From the NCBI GenBank assembly GCA_964188305.1, contig OZ076886.1: 64,000 bases of DNA; one strand, written 5' to 3'. Positions 25,359 through 37,600 of this stretch are shown here, in pieces (within the stretch, counting starts at the first letter, position 1; each line of letters begins with the position of its first letter). The stretch comes from Podarcis bocagei (lineage: Eukaryota). A model generated the notes under the pieces. The model was given only the letters and a program-made list of their open reading frames with translations, was not told the DNA's origin and searched no databases. Made by a program: the position numbers and the translations under genes.

Positions 25359-28300
25359 CTGTGAATACAGCAGGGCATTGAGATTGAAGCAGAAGTTGAT
25401 TTATTGAGGAGACACAGACACATTTAAGTGCATTATTAACTCTGAGCAAAGCTGCAGCACACTGTTCAGTCAATAGGTGGGCGTACTGGTACAGCTGCCT
25501 AGCAGAAATACATAGGCCCCTGTACCTGTAGATTGACTATGCAGTGAGGTGGACTCTGCTGCTTGGAAAGAGCAGATATACAAAGAGTATATCTGGATGG
25601 ATTTTATCCTAGATTGTAAGTCCTGATCCCCATTGCAACCCAGATGTTTGGCCTGCTCAAGTACACAAAGTGAATGGCACCCAGCTTGGATCCTGAAGAT
25701 CACTGCAGAAGTCTCCTGTGAGAGAGTTTTCAATTGTGGACTAATCCGCATAATCAGGAGTGAAGGGTCACTGTTGGATAAAGTAGACCAAGCTTAAGGC
25801 TATCCACAAAGAATATTCAACACTACATACTTTTTAATGGACTTAATCTAGAGGGAGACGACTGACAGGCTGCCCCCAAACCAAATGACCGTAAAGGGCT
25901 ACTTGGGTCACCCTGAACAATCTAAGCAGCTGAGGATTAGAGAATATGTTCCCAAAACTAACTAAACCTTCTTACAGGATCTGCTGGAACTTGATGGGAA
26001 TGAAGAATTTGCTCCAACCCCCTTTTCACCACAGGGACACGGGTGGCGTCAGTCGTGACTGACTCTGGGGTTGTGGCACTCATCTCACTTTATTGGTCGA
26101 GGGAGCTGGCGTACAGCTTCCGGGTCATGTGGCCAGCATGACTAAGCTGCTACTGGCAACCAGAGCAGCACATGGAAATGCTGTTTACCTTCCCGCCGGA
26201 GCGGTACCTATTTATCTAGGTTGGCAGGAGCACGGACCGAGCAACGGGAGCTCACCCCGTTGCGGGGATTCTAACCGCCGACCTTCTGATTGGCAAGTCC
26301 TAGGCTCTGTGGTTTAACCCACAGCGCCACCCGGGTCCCTAAATTCTTAAATTAGATATACCCTAATGTGAAGGTCCAGTATTCATCTTTGGTCCTGAGG
26401 CTTTGGAACTAGAGTGGCTTACCTGTAAATCGGGATGGACCAAGGGGGGCAATGCAGTTTCCCTATCCACCCACCCCCATCAAAGAGCTCAATTACAACT
26501 ATGGGGAAATGTCCTGATGTCCTGTCCCCCCCCCATGTTTTCCCTACCTGGTGACACTCTGCAGAATCTTCTTCTCATCCTGGTCCAGGCACATAGCAAA
26601 GGAACAGTTCACCCCAATAATCTGGACCTTGTCCACTTTCATCTGAGACACACTGATTTGCTGCAGAAGAAAAATCAGTCAAATTATTGGCGGTTGTTGC
26701 AGCAGCAGCAGGGAAATTCACCAAGGCTAAAAGCATTCTTGCCCACCCAACAACACCATGAGATGAAAATAAGACCCACAGGTCAGGCTACCTGGTTGAA
26801 ACTCTTCTTGGACTTGGAACTCTGCCTCTTGATTACCTCTGTTGCAGTGAGAGTTAAGCATTCGGTTTTTGAATCTGGAAGAAACAGGAAAGGAGCTATA
26901 TTAGTATATGGAACTTTGATAACAACACCTTCCTCACGGTAAAGTCAATTATGGTCCCTCCAGACATCCTTTTTATTGTGCATTCATGATTATTTGTGTT
27001 CTGATTGTATCAGGATGGTTATACAGGATCGTGCTTTAAATACTCTCTGTGCCTGCAGAGGTTTCAGGGCAGAAATGTTTCCAACCTGTGCATGTTCCAT
27101 AGCTACCTACTGAAAGCCTGTCACTTTTCATACCACACATGTCCTGGAGGTGGGTGATGTCTCACTTTTGTTGCACTTTGTGCAAGAGTGCCCCTCCAGA
27201 CGTCAATAATGCAGCAGTGTGAGAAATTGATATGAAAGCTAAGAGCTAAATGGCACCCTAAACCTAGGTTATGGGCACAACAATTGAATGTCTAGGCATG
27301 CTTCTGTGTAACAAGAATACAAAGCTGAAAATTAATGAACTGCAGCTAAAATATTATGTTCATTTTTCACATGGTCTAGTCCTTCCCCTGCCTGCCCACC
27401 CCCCTAACATTCTTAAGAGGGTCTCTTCTCCAGTCTTCAGAGAGTAGCTGGAAGTGGGGAGGCAGAAAAAGGTCCTCCTTTCCTTCCACTCTGCAGATTT
27501 AATCTGAAATCTCAGGCATGGTACCGTGCCCAGAGATCAGAAACTGCATGCGCTAATGAAATTTATTGTCACAAAATGTGCCTATAACAATGGGAGTTAC
27601 TGTGATGCAGTAACACTGGGAAATAACAACTAGTAGAGCTGAATGATGTGTGGATGGTCCAGCATCAACATGCCACTAATGCACTATTACTGCACTAGTA
27701 ACACATTGCAGAATGCACCCTCAAAAAAGCACCAGTCTGGAGGGACCCTTAAGAGCCCATTATAAAAGAAGCCACACATAGTTACATTTTATGGACAGCA
27801 GGGCTGCTCTGCAAAAGTTCTGAAGCTTCAGGAAGAAGTCTATGAAGGGTGCAGTCCAGTGGCTACAGTTTCTGCAGCACCTCGATACACCCCTCTCCTC
27901 ATTCCCTTGACTCCAAAGCTCATCATATTTTCATCTCCCATCCCTCCTCCTCCTCCTCCTCCTCCTCCTCCACCACCACCACCACCACCACAGTATCAAA
28001 TAGCAATGTGTTAGTTGTCTTAACCTCAATCCCTTTCCCTGGCACATAATTAGGGGGCAAGGCTGCACGCAGCAGACACTTGCCCGCACTTTTCTGCAGT
28101 GCCTCCCCATTTCACACCTTACAAAATCCAAGAACCAATCTGCGATGTTGTGCTAGATGGTTCGTAAAAATGTATTTCAGTGAGGAAACCCCACTCAGTC
28201 TATGCAAGCAATTAAGAGTATTTCAAATCGAAAGCCAGTTGCTTTAGTGGGCTAACAACAGATTTTCTTTAAAAGAGCTGGACCAGAGTCAACCCTGAGT

Positions 28301-31300
28301 TTCATGCAAAAGGTGAGCCAGAGTCCTTGCAGCATTGGCCAGAAAGTTTGTGACACCTTGTGGCCAAGTGTATTATTGCATGACTCTAGCAGAATAGTTT
28401 TGTTTTTAAAAAGCAAAAGGGGAGGGATGAAAAAGGAAGTTGCAGCATTTGGTCAACAGAAATGCAACAGGCAGAAGCAGTAATCCAGGTGGGTGGTGGT
28501 TTGGAGTCTGGCCTACATTCCTGTGCCAACTGTCCCACTATCTGTAAGAGATTTTGAAATCCCCAAGGGGCTAACTACACATGCAACAGAGCCAGATTGT
28601 GTGGATTTTGTGTGCTGTAGCCTTTTTCTTGCCTGGCAGAACTGGCATAACTCCATTCCAAATGTGCATGTCAGCAGCTTCCCTTCAATATGCTTCAGCA
28701 AAACAAGGAACCATCAGAACAAGATGACAGCATATATATATTTATATATAAATACACAAACGTGACAAAACAGCTTGCACACACACACACTGAGAAGAGC
28801 ATGCTCATCTACATCAGGAGCTGCTTCTGTTGCACAGGGCTTCTCCAAATCACCTGGCCCATTCTCCACCTAAGTGCTGGGAGAAGGTAGCAAAAAGTCA
28901 TGTTCACCCTAGCATAAAGACTCACCAAGCTCTTCTTGTTTCTTACAGGTCTTGCTGAGATTGATGGTCGTGCAGACTTTCTGAATGTCATTCCAGCGGC
29001 TCCGTCCACTGACTGCTCTCTGGAGGGATCACACAGCACCCCAGTTATTCTCTAGTCTGTGGAAGCATGCAAGAAAGGGGGGGCAACTGATGCTCAAAGC
29101 CCCAGCCCCATCTAATTAAAACATTCTCCAAAAGTGCTTCCAGAGTGCAAGTCTTTCGCTCACATGTGGCCTATTCATTCCCTGCATTTTGCCTCTCTGC
29201 AGCTGGTCCTCTCCTTTCCAGCCCAGCTAAAGGCCTAGGCTTGAATATTAGAGGCAAACATCAGCAATAGGAGCAAGCAGCAGCCGCTACCTCTGAATTA
29301 CCTTGCTGTAGGCGATCTGTAGTGTTAGTGGGATTGCTTCTCTGTCTCCATCTATGCCCAGCCGCTTGCAACCTGGACCTGCACCCAAAAAAAGGGGAAA
29401 GAGAGGAGGTAGTACAGTGGCACCTCGCAAGACGAATGCCTCGCAAGACGGAAAACTCACAAGACGAAAGGGTTTTTGGTTTTTTGAGTTGCTTCGCAAG
29501 ACAAATTTCCCTATGGGCTTGCTTCACAAGACGGAAACGTCTTGCAAGTTTGTTTCCTTTTTCTTAAAACCGTTAATACAGTTGCGACTTGACTTCGAGG
29601 AGCAACTCATAGCACGCGGTGTGGTAGCCTTTTTTGAGGTTTTTGAAGACTTTGGTGATTTTTGAAGCTTTTCCAAAACTTTTCCAAAACCGTGCTTCGC
29701 AAGACGAAAAAATCGCAAGACAAAAAAACTCGCGGAATGAATTAATTTCGTCTTGCGAGGCACCACTGTATTTTGTTACAGACAAGGGCTATGTAGTGCA
29801 GAGTCTCTTGTAATGTATCCCAGGACATTATACTCAAGAGCAAAGGGGAAGACAGGCACAACATAAGAGCAAGTTCTTCAGCAGCAGAACATGGAAGGCT
29901 TCTCAACAGAACAAACAGATGTGCAAATAAAAAAACTGAAAAGCTGCCCCAGTCATCAGCATTGCCTCTTGAGGCAGGCTGCATGTCCTAGGCTCGCCAC
30001 TCCATACTCTGCTGCCACATTCCCCAGTTCAGCTGGAAGTAACTTTGCAGGATTGATCAACCTACTCTACATAGGTGTCTGAGACAGGAAAAGAACACAC
30101 CCCATCCTGTGAAGATATAAAGAAAACCAGGCTCTCCACTCTGTTGCATGTTGCAGAGGGGGAGGAGAAGGAGCGGGTGATCCTCTCGTTTCTGCTGCTG
30201 TCCACAGCTTTGTTAACTTTCCCCAGCAGGAGGAGATGGCAGCAGAGGCTACCAGATAGACAGATGAGTCCAGTACAGGCAACAGGCCTCAAGCAGAGGA
30301 GGAGAGGCAAGTCCAGCGTTGGGAGTTCCCAGTAGCATGCATGTCTGTCAGTACAACTGCAAAAGGTCCTCTTGTGTAATGGTTAAGAATGGTGGACTCG
30401 TAATCTGGTGAACCGGGTTTGCTTCCCCGCTCCTCCACATGCAGCTGCTGGGTGACCTTGGGCGATTCACACTTCTCTGAATTCACACTACTACTACAGT
30501 GTTATGTCTGTATTCACCAAGAGTCTCAAAGGTGCCTAATCCTAGCAGTGTATTAATAGGAGAATACCCATCCCAGCAGATCATCATGCAGTCCAAATTC
30601 TCAATTTGCTGCTTTTTCTATGGGTTAGGAATTTGGTTTCCTCCTGCCCACCTCTGTTCTCCCCTTCACTTTCTAGGGGAATAGCTGTGTTAGTTTCTTG
30701 CAGACTAAACAGCACAAAATGATGTCACAGAGAACCTGCTTTCAACATTGATCAGATGCATACCTGAGGCTTTGATGGCCCGTGTGGCTGCTGAGTGGCC
30801 CAGCTCTAGGGAGTGGATGAAGATCTCTGTCTTCGTCTGTCCTCCAATGAAGGTGAGCTGTGGAATTGAGGAAGGAAGAGGTCAATCCAGCATTTCTTAG
30901 ACACCCTATTCAGCTCAGCCCTTCTTTAGGTCAAACATTTTCTAAAAACAACCCAGTAGCTTAGGGGCAAAAAATGGGATTCTAATGAACAGAGTACCAA
31001 TACACAACTTTTAAAACACAGACCAGGTCCTTTCAAAGGCATCACTGAAAAGAAGAACACAAGGACCCAGAGTTATATGCTGCTGAGGAAGTCACTCTAT
31101 GCGGCATATCAAATAGGCCTGGAGGAAGGAAGCCAGCATCAGTGTGTGTGTGTGGAGGCCACACAGAGTTGGCTTCAAGAGGAGCCACAAGCAGAAGATT
31201 GTGTCAGGCAGCTGGGTCGTATTTACACAGTGACTTCATTCAGATTGTGGTTCAGTCATCAGACACTTACAAAGAGTATCAGACACTTATGTCCACCCAC

Positions 31301-31619
31301 TTTTTCATTTCTCATTTCACGGTAAACCAGAGTTTGTTATCTTGTCTGAACTGGGTAAAATAAGATTATGACAAACCATCGCTTGCCTTAAACTACAACA
31401 GGAAGCCTCAGTTTGAACTGGGTTTCCAGTCCTGGATTGGAAATGAGCTGTGATTTGCCTAAAGATCACATGAGCCTGACAACCATACATCTGGGTCCTC
31501 TCCAAGAGCAGACAATTGTTCTCTTATGGGACCCATATCAATTTCCTATGGAGGGGTTTCCAATTTCCCTGTCATTAAGGCACACACAACATTTTTAGTA
31601 GACAGGAGTACGTGTGCGT

Positions 31620-31654
<35 letters not shown>

Positions 31655-34600
31655 AACTGATAGTGGCCACCACATTGCAAGTTATCTATATTTGACAAAT
31701 GTGACTGTTACAGAGTGAAACCAATGGCTCAGATCATGGAGGCCCAGCCTGGCCAAACACAAGGCACGGGACACGCAATTGCTTCTCATCTCTCCAGCAA
31801 ATATGAAGTGAGTCTTTAGCTGCTTGGACAATCCCATGGGGCTTTAGGACCAAACTCACCTCTACCTGATAGACCTGCAGCAACACTGGGCGGGTAGCAA
31901 AACGACAGTAATAAAGGATCATGTCAGCAAGGATGGGGAGCTGCTCTGCTGTATCTTCTAGGGGCTCACCCTCAGGTTTGGCAGATTGCTATGGAAAGAG
32001 CAAAAAGTGAACAAACCCCTCATTCACACACACACAGGTCTAGGCCAAGGATGCCCTGGTGATTCAATTGCAGCACCTACTCTAGTAACTCTTTCTTCAG
32101 CAACATAAGCAACTTCCTTATCCCAAGTCAGACCATTGGTCTCTCTAGCTCAGCATTGTCTAAACTCACTAGCACTGGTTTTCCAGGGTTTCAGATAGAC
32201 ATCTCTCCCTGGGACTTGCTGAGGACTGAACCCATGACTTTCTGCATGCAAAGCAGGTGTTCTACCACTGAGCTCTGGCATCCTCCAAGAGCAAGAGAGG
32301 AGTCAGCATTTGAGCACCCCGTGGCTATATGCCTGAAAATGTGCACCGCTTGGTCGCAACAATTCTGTTAAAAACAGAATCGCCAACCACTGCAGAAAAA
32401 ATGAGAATAGCATAAGCATTCTCAGCAGCTGCCTTCTCTTCAGTGCTTTGCTTTGAAGAAGGACTCCTTCTTCAGGCAGATACATGTAGATGGGGAGAGT
32501 GCTCCATACAGTCCCATAGGAACCCAGCACCAATAGCAATAGCTGGTGAGTTGGTGGGTGGTGATGGCAACATCAGTGAGTGGGCAGCTAGTTGGGATAG
32601 CTGAGGAGATGGCAGCGGTGATGGCAATCTGTAGCCTTGAGCATGGCCCTAGACCCACACTGACCAGCACCTAAGCTCCAAGGATGGGGGAGATGACTGA
32701 GTGTAAGCTCATAGGACACTGCTACACCACGCGGCCTGGATCTTACAAAAAGAGAGCACTGCTGTTTTAGAGTATAAGCAGTATAGAGTTCAGGACCTAC
32801 CTGGCATAGAACATTTGTGGGAAGGTTCATTAGCCCAAGAACATTGCGCTCGTACCATGGATCCAGCATACCAATGTAGACCGAGATATCATTTGTGCTG
32901 CTCTCCAACCCTGCCAAACTGGGATCCTGAAAATCAAAGAAAGAAGCATAGCCCATTAGCTAGCTTGCTGCTATCAATGGCCAGGTCTTACCAGAATCGT
33001 AGCAAGAGGATGCCCAAATTGCTCCCAACATCCAAAGAGATCAAGGTTGAAATTCCTGCTGTGAAAGGTTCTTGATTCCTAGGGTGGAGGCACACAAGCC
33101 AGGCTACCCCCACTATCTCAGATAATGCAAGAAGGTTCTTTCCAAAATAAGGCACCCAACAAGCACCAGTAATAGCTAAAAGTGAAGATATTGTGTGTCC
33201 TGGTATAATGGAACATGCTCCCTGGAAGCCTGCCATTCCCCAAATGCATACCATTGATCCACAGGAACGAGAATGTGGATCTCCTGGAGAAGGAGGAGGG
33301 TAGGTCAGTGCAGATGAGGTAGAGCTACTCCTCTTCACGGGGACATAGTAAAACTGCAGTTTGAAGTACCGAGTTAACCAGGGGCAGCTGCTTTCCTGAG
33401 ATCTGCAGCGAATGAATAGGACACATGGAAAACAGTAAGATGGAGACCACCTTGCTACAGTCTTCAGTCCACAGCCCTAACTAATCCCAACAAGCCTCCC
33501 TATTTGTCCAAGTCACACCCACCTGCCCTACGCCTGGCCACCAGGGCTTACAGAATGCTGTGCCTTTGAACACATGGTTTGATCTGAAACCCAGCAGGCA
33601 AAACTGGTTCACCTGACTTCATTGCAATTTCAGCTGATTGAAACATGGGTGGTCATGACTACCTATCAAACTCAGCCCGTGGGGAGGGGATATGGATCCA
33701 GACAGACCCAGTTCCCCACCCCTGTGCTACAGTCTGCTAGCATCCATCAAAAGGTATAAAAGAAGGGTACAGTACTGTAGTAGTTAGGCATACTGCAGAG
33801 CTCAGAACCCATTTCAGAGACCATTTTCATGGCATATTGGTGGCATGAAAGGGTAAGATAGGATATGAATTGATGGTGTGATGTGAAACTCCAGAGGGGA
33901 CCTTATCACCCACCCCCTTGGGCCAAAGGTAGGTAAGTGGGTTGTTAAGAGGAAATCCCTCCCGTGTCTGCCTGCTGATCCCTTAACAGGGACTCAGCAA
34001 GTAGAGGAGATCACCAGCAGCCAGGAGGCTGTTCTGCCACTCACTTAAGATTGCTGTAAGCCCGGGCCACTTTCCCAGAGATGCGGTCAGAGCCAAACAC
34101 GACCACCCGCAGCGTCGAGACCTTGGTGTCCTCGTCACAGCTCAGGAAGGGCCTGCGCTGGACACAGGCATTCTGTGGCACCCGGGTCTGGAAAAGGGTG
34201 GCACTCAGTGCATGCTGCGGCAGAGAGAGTGCACGCCGTGAGCGTGTGGGGATGCGCTCTTTGACCACGGGGTTGTAGAGGCTCTCGGCTCGGCGCAGCG
34301 GCAGTGAGAGCGACGCCACCTCAGAAACGTCCCGCAATTCCCTGCCCAGGATGAGCTGGCTCTTGCTCTTGAACAGCTTGATTATCCTGTTGCTCAGGCG
34401 ATACCGGTGTCTGGGAGATGCCTTCTCCTCCTTTGGATCCAGGCGGCCCATCGGCTCAAGGGAGCTCTCGTCACTGTCCTCCACATAACCACTGTCCGTG
34501 TAGTCCTTCAGGCTGGAGACAAAAGTCTTCAAGGAGTTTTTAGAGGCCAACAAGAGCTCAGAGTCTTTGGAAAGGGTGGAGAGGACTGGTGCCTGCGAGT

Positions 34601-37600
34601 CATGGGGACTGACTTCCGACAATACGGAATACACAGATTCCTTGGAGACAGCAGCCAGGGAAGTCAACAGGGAAGTTCTTTCTGGACAGTAGCCATCAGC
34701 TTCTTCTTCCTCCTCCTCCTCCTCATCTTCCAAAACCACAGGCTTTGGGAAGTGCCCCTCTTTGTCTAGTACCTCATTCAAGATGTCTGCAAAAGGGACA
34801 GAGGTGCAAAATTAGGAATAGAAAAGGAGAAAATGTATACAGTTTTAAACTTGAGATTGCTTTTATATGCTCTGCTCTAGTAGCACCCACTGAAAGATCA
34901 GCCTTTAGATTTAGAGATGTAGTAGGGTACAAGGGTCCAACTAGAGCACAGCTGATGTTGCCAGGATTATCACCGCTTGGGAAAAAGAAAAATACACAAC
35001 TGTGAATGGGAAGCCATGATGGGGCCAAGGAACATCTCCTGGAATCAAGCCAAACTTGCTTACATGTTTCCAAGCTTACCAAAGTTATCCTTATCCCATC
35101 TGTAGGTGTAACACCGGGCAACAGGGATGGGGATCAGGTGGAGTTTACAAGGCTGGACTTCCCCTAAAGAGACAAGGAACCAGAGGTTAGGAGCGCAACA
35201 TGCTCCTTCAGGATGGTATGGAACTGACCACATCCAAACATGCCCAACCACACCCCAAGGAAAAACTGCCCTAATAATTTCCCACCTGTGATTTCAGGCA
35301 GCCCGGCTGCCTTTGCAATCTCCAGCAAAGCAGATTCCAGCTGCTCCTTAGCCATGGAAAGGTCATTGCTGGTGGCAGCTGCCAGCTCCTGAGCTTCTGT
35401 GGTGCTGGCAAATATCTCCATGAGCTTTTCTAAAGGTTTCAGCTGGAGAGAGAGAACAGTCAGCAGAAGATCTATCTGGTATCTTAGCATCCATTTCACA
35501 CACTACACAATATACAACAGGTGGGAGGATGGGAGGACAGAGTTTAACCATGATGCATGGGCTGTGCTGCCCTTTCTGAGCAAGGAACAGGATCACACAG
35601 TTTAGGCAGGAGGATTTAAGTTTAAGTAAATATCCTGCAGTGCTGCAAGGACACACACACACAGAAAAAAATTGCTGTGGTTTTTAGGGTAAAACCAATC
35701 TACTTCCTGAACTAAATAGTCAACCTGCAAACAATGTGAGGCAAGTTATTCAGTATCCTTCCTTCTCTCACCCTTTGACCCAAGCCACTTTCTTAGCTAT
35801 GCCAGTTTTGATTTATTTGCCATCAAAACGTCTGCTTCTTCAAGACTGAAAACTCCTGGAACTTAAGGATCGCTCAAGTAATCATTCCATAGAGCTATGC
35901 ATCCAAGGCCCCAGGCCACACAGCTTTCCCTACCTTGAGAACTTCACGTAGTCTTGGCAGGTCACATTTGGTCCCAAAGTTAGCTTGGTAGATGTGCTCC
36001 AGGAGTGTCACCAGTACCGTGTGCTGGGAGTGCTCTGCCGTGCTCAACTTTTCAGCGACCGAGAGAAACTCCCCATCAACCTCTGAAGGGTTCAGCAACA
36101 GGACTGTTCTGTGGGGGTGGGGGATGGGGAATAGGTAAGAGAGAAGAGGCAATAGGACGGCAAGCTGTTAACAGCCCAACTCAGAAATGGAGAGACTCAA
36201 CTTTTATCTGTGCCTGGGGCCACAGATGACTTTCATAATCTATGAGCTATTGGAGGGCAGGAGAAAAAATGCAGAGGCTCCATACTTCAATTAATTCACA
36301 TCAAAGCACCAGCAGATGGCACAGTTTTTCTGTTTTTCTACACCCACTCCCCTTCTATGAACCAGCATGCTTAGAAAACATAGCCTGGCATTGTTGAGAT
36401 AGCTAGCAGTTATAAGACTGCAGAGAAATAATCATAATCTACAACTAGCCCTCCCTATCCATGAACAACTGATAACCATAACTATATAATCTCTGATGTG
36501 GTGGTGGACTGAAAAGGGGCAGTTATAGACTTGTCTGCACCTCAGCAGACACACATCAATTTAGGATCAGACACAGGTCACTTCAGAGTCTGGGCTGATC
36601 CTGTACATATCCATTATGATCCCACCATCCACATTCCTTTCCCAAACTGTACCTATTTGAGGGGAACAGAGACCTGCTAACAACAAACCAAAATTCCCAT
36701 GATTCTTTAGGGGAAGCCATGGCTGTTTAAGTGGCAGGATTCTGCTAGTGCAGTTGGGACCTACGATCTGTCAGGTCTCAAGCCTGCCTACAGTCACCCT
36801 ACCACCACTGGTCTGGGAGCCATATCTTTTGTCTGGGGGGTTTCACAGCTACTCAGTAGTGATGGAAAGTCACTCTGCATACTCAGGGGACTATTTCATT
36901 TATCCTTCCTTCATATAGTCCAGGAATTTCCTCTGTTACCTAAAATAAATGCTGGGGCTGAGCCCTGGTACAAGCCAAGCCCTGAGCAACAGGAGGCCCT
37001 GGGAAATTTAAAGGAGGACAATATCCCCAAAAGCTCCTTCCCTTTCCTAACCCACAGAAAGCAGTCATGATTCCTGCATGATACTTACACAATGGAACTC
37101 TCACAGCTCTTTGCAGACAGACCCTGCTCTGCCCTAACCAGCCTTTGAAATGAAATCCCTGTTAAAAGAAAGGGAAGGTTGTTAAAACACAGTGGTGGCA
37201 TCCACTTCTCACTGAGACCTCACAGAACTGGTGGGCTCAGGTGGAAGAGACAGGTGAACCCCATGGGGGCAGGGGTGAATGGAAGAAGGAATTCAGGTTG
37301 AATACCACTCTTCACCATTATCTTCTTGGATAGGGTCTAACTCCCAAACAGTTTGACACACAGTGGGTTTTTTTACCAACATTGATTTCCCCAAATGTGT
37401 AGAACTATGCAGAAGAAAGAAAGCATATACAATTTGCTTGCAGCAGTGAAACAACCCATCAGGCCAATTGCCTCTCAGCAAATCTGTTGGACTGAAGGAT
37501 CCACCATGCAAGGTGAGCAAAAAGCTTAGAGCAGCTTTTCAAATTTCTCGGCCTTGGAGAAAGATAGCTTCAAGTCAGCCCACCAATGGAATTGGAAAGT

